Source of the DNA: Candidatus Hermodarchaeota archaeon
GTDB lineage: Archaea > Asgardarchaeota > Lokiarchaeia > Sigyniarchaeales > SOKP01
Length of the DNA stretch: 39,717 bases
Direction: 5' to 3'
Assembly (NCBI GenBank): GCA_048885525.1
Contig: JBHLLP010000024.1
Span: 1 to 39,717, forward strand
In this document: positions 37,901 to 39,717 of the stretch, piece after piece
Numbering within the stretch: the stretch's first letter is position 1
Layout: each line of letters begins with the position of its first letter
Position numbers and translations under genes: made by a program
The notes under the pieces: model-generated
What the model was told of the DNA's origin: nothing
Seen by the model: only the letters and a program-made list of their open reading frames with translations
Database searches by the model: none

Positions 37901-39717
37901 CATTAACAAATGTAGGAGGGGGAAATTTTACTATAATAGTTAATTCAAATATATTTTCCGCGGGAAGTGATGCTAAATATTATACAGTTAGGATAAAAGG
38001 ATTATATCCTGGATATCCTGAACCAAATCCTCAAAACTTTATAGTAAAAATAAAAGCAATACCAACTATAATCAGCGCACACGAGTATGATTCATATGTT
38101 TCAATACCATCTAAAACATATTCGGCCTATTTTGATGAACTCATAAATATAACTATTAAATATTCGATTGAGGAATCGGGAACTTCTCTAACTAATGCAA
38201 TTCTAACTTATGAATGGATTGGGCTTTATCCCATTACGATTTACTCTGATCCTCAAAATAGTGATTATTTTACATTTACAATAAATACTGCTAATGCTCA
38301 GAGTACAGGATTAAAGATTATAAGTATTACTGCATCTCTTGAAAATTATAAAACCAAATCTGATTTTCTAGTTTATCTCAATATTTTCGAGAGAAGAGCA
38401 ACACTAAATAATGAAACTGTAGATTTATTATATGTAAGTTCAACGATAAACGTTGAAGATCTAGAGTATTTTGATTTCACATATCGAGACTATTCCACTA
38501 ATAATATTATTGGAGACTTGAATATAGCTACTTTTATTTGGGAGGAGTTATATGAAAATGGAACGAAAGTTGCTGGTAGTTTTGGTTCTGGAACATTAAT
38601 TCAAAATCTAAATAACACTTACACGTTAGATTTTAAAACAGACCTAAAACAAGTTGGCTATTATTTCTTATATGTTTCTCTAAAGAAAGAGAATTATGTT
38701 CAAAAAAATGCTTTTATTAATCTAGTGATTCAGTTGAGAAGATTTATTCCTACTATTGAAACCTCTCCTTATCAGATTGGGAGTAACAATCAAATCCAAA
38801 TAAACCAAGGAACTGATATTAATTTTGAAGTCAGGTTATGGGATGAAACTAGAGATGTTGAATTACAAAATGCATCAGTTAGCTTGAATTTTAGAGATTT
38901 AACTTATTCTTTTAATGAAACCATACCAGGTACTTACAAGATGACCTTGGAAACACATTATATCGACACTTTTATTTCAGCGAAATCATTTGTAGGCAAA
39001 ATTTACATTACAGCTGCAAATTTTACTTCACAAGAATTTATTATTTATATTACAGTGAAAATGGAGGAAATATTTCCAGGGATGCCAACCTTCTATTTTA
39101 TTTTAATAACAGCTTCGATTATTGGTGTTTTAGGAAGTGTCGTTGCATATAGAGTTATCCAACAAGCAAGAATACCAAAACATGTTAAGAAAGTAAGAAA
39201 AATCAAGAATTTAATAAAATCGAAAAAGAAAATAACTGAGATACCTTCTATCCCGACAAAAGAACAGATGATAGTAAAAATGTTTGGAAATGAATGGAAA
39301 GAAATTGGTTTATCGCTTGATGAAGTTTTAGGGATCCAAGATTTAAAGTCAAAGAAACCTCCAAAAAAAGAGAGAATATTAAAAGATACAACTGCTATAG
39401 ATAGGATAATTGAAGAGAAAGTAAAGAAGGAGAAAATTAAAAAGAAGAAAATAAAGAAAGAGAGAGGATTAGAGGAGAAGGCAGCTGAGGAAGAAGTACC
39501 CGAAGAAAAAGTTTATGAAGAAGAACTACCTAAAGAAAAAGTTTATGAGGAGGAAGTAACTGAAGAGAAAGTTTATGAAGAAGAATTACCTGAAGAAAAA
39601 ATTTATGAGGAGGAAGTAACTGAAGAGAAAGTTTATGAAGAAGAATTACCTGAAGAAGAAATCCATGAGGAGGAAGTAACTGAAGAGAAAGTTTATGAAG
39701 AAGAATTACCTGAAGAA
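34987..39717 (+). CDS. Very large single-pass surface glycoprotein (at least 1577 aa, 3' truncated): signal peptide, DUF2341-like domain, beta-rich repeats, TM helix, charged cytoplasmic tail
   Basis: Not in track, consistent with no stop before the window end; all segments I translated are open. MIVKKK+hydrophobic signal; PWWDSSYEYR...DLDDIRIV; many N-x-S/T sequons; TM FYFILITASIIGVLGSVVAY at 39091-39150. Confidence 0.88.
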   Translation, partial: MIVKKKSSFQLKAIILLSVVMLTSFLTIDSAILSNFTADKEDKNNEDMMNDDFDDIKFLESPKLSIFGNAPWWDSSYEYRMLINVTNPYFHNIKNFGVNVTFNYASLVSAGKMQSDLDDIRIVEMIGGIGVLRNYYVVKDYPTTNYVTVFFDTNVTADKTETDTYLYFGNPTISNSESDQPSETFGWIKNGDFELDIDLTDKFEPFGWYFSHNPVEYIMADPNPTPNPYNSSVTSYQYFVNKLEDNLNGGHRVASGTYSYKFGAEDHTLPDSLVNDYAGTLFSYPFKVPIVEGSDISLIVYRNIRTHRFERPKNMGTINKDGYFIRVLNGSDTLYDTNPDNHDDNDIIQTGYDNYLEAYDGYCYYNNPAKKWDVETQLIDYPGHTEPGGVVDTYSDELGGGIDGDLTGYLNFDISTYEGKEIFFELGVWGDESNTLKKEKSAFFQVDDLRFNYSLSTSINEIQARKSDVTVDTRDVDGNIVPNVHIIIIDESSSTIVASGFTSTFNGSISFYQLLNGEYNFTANYTLGIEERVVGHQMVELNGTSYTITLNLNLWTIDFEVVDWDGIRLNLGSIEIYEDLAGILLDTLTLDQNGKATFCWLNKTYYYFKIYYENEDYTGERFLLNESYVSRNLYEKDGEKFRDHTIWVNNTNTLSPGANSYSVSELFYANGSRTEIGNRRIIKVNISLTNMVNQLTDISIYYIDKDNSIGIGNENLIYFEDDYTPGEDSDFIELDIPSIENAKLESESYEVYGLLLEINGINFTLCNGIIEVSTIETCNIFNRTNLARLNIRIIKDESGVKVPYPALIKVLDNKTQQPIVNLTSRLDRNGYAYTTKTDLPFWFLKDKTYNISLNSLNVTNIEFNVTYISPYQWHPTDSDGVTWYNYTLYGDSSIEFNLIFKMFIPNITNYVTSFFNASGTTEVQWGQDMRFSVSFYLTDDNGQTWNPITNPSASCMIYIREAGDDLIQYTQSLTNVGGGNFTIIVNSNIFSAGSDAKYYTVRIKGLYPGYPEPNPQNFIVKIKAIPTIISAHEYDSYVSIPSKTYSAYFDELINITIKYSIEESGTSLTNAILTYEWIGLYPITIYSDPQNSDYFTFTINTANAQSTGLKIISITASLENYKTKSDFLVYLNIFERRATLNNETVDLLYVSSTINVEDLEYFDFTYRDYSTNNIIGDLNIATFIWEELYENGTKVAGSFGSGTLIQNLNNTYTLDFKTDLKQVGYYFLYVSLKKENYVQKNAFINLVIQLRRFIPTIETSPYQIGSNNQIQINQGTDINFEVRLWDETRDVELQNASVSLNFRDLTYSFNETIPGTYKMTLETHYIDTFISAKSFVGKIYITAANFTSQEFIIYITVKMEEIFPGMPTFYFILITASIIGVLGSVVAYRVIQQARIPKHVKKVRKIKNLIKSKKKITEIPSIPTKEQMIVKMFGNEWKEIGLSLDEVLGIQDLKSKKPPKKERILKDTTAIDRIIEEKVKKEKIKKKKIKKERGLEEKAAEEEVPEEKVYEEELPKEKVYEEEVTEEKVYEEELPEEKIYEEEVTEEKVYEEELPEEEIHEEEVTEEKVYEEELPEE
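39487..39717 (+). repeat. Coding tandem repeat, 30-nt unit in a 60-nt higher-order unit, at least 7.7 copies
   Basis: EEEVPEEKVY EEELPKEKVY EEEVTEEKVY EEELPEEKIY EEEVTEEKVY EEELPEEEIH EEEVTEEKVY EEELPEE... Confidence 0.95.

Noticed and set aside
39487-39717. 30-nt repeats as a CRISPR array
   Set aside because: No unique spacers, in-frame coding, no cas genes.

Overview
AT-rich archaeal chromosomal segment, most likely Asgard archaea (Lokiarchaeia/Promethearchaeia). Evidence: archaeal ribosomal proteins, a tailed histone, Rab- and Rag-like small GTPases, a Bud23-like methyltransferase and an intron-containing tRNA. Left end: the S13-S4-S11 ribosomal operon, then an hdrA-mvhD-frhB-like operon that the ORF track fragments. 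hdrA (5469..3472) and mvhD (3450..3022, absent from the track) each carry two in-frame TGA codons exactly at conserved Cys positions, i.e. four predicted selenocysteines. A eukaryote-type SECIS-like fold lies after mvhD and overlaps the frhB start codon. Middle: serS, cofC, Rab-like GTPase, TrmB, histone, housekeeping enzymes and a glycan-use cluster (GH29, GH2, GPH transporter, kinase-like ORF). Right: two membrane beta-helix acyltransferase-like genes with a tandem metallophosphoesterase, a ubiquitin-like protein, a Rag-like GTPase, tRNA-Ser(CGA), eS25, a Bud23-like methyltransferase, and a surface protein of at least 1577 aa (open to the window end) with a Tyr-containing acidic repeat tail. 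Three genes appear to start at ATT placed 5-6 nt after a GGTGA Shine-Dalgarno. No CRISPR array or mobile element was seen. All family calls come from motif recognition by eye, not database searches.
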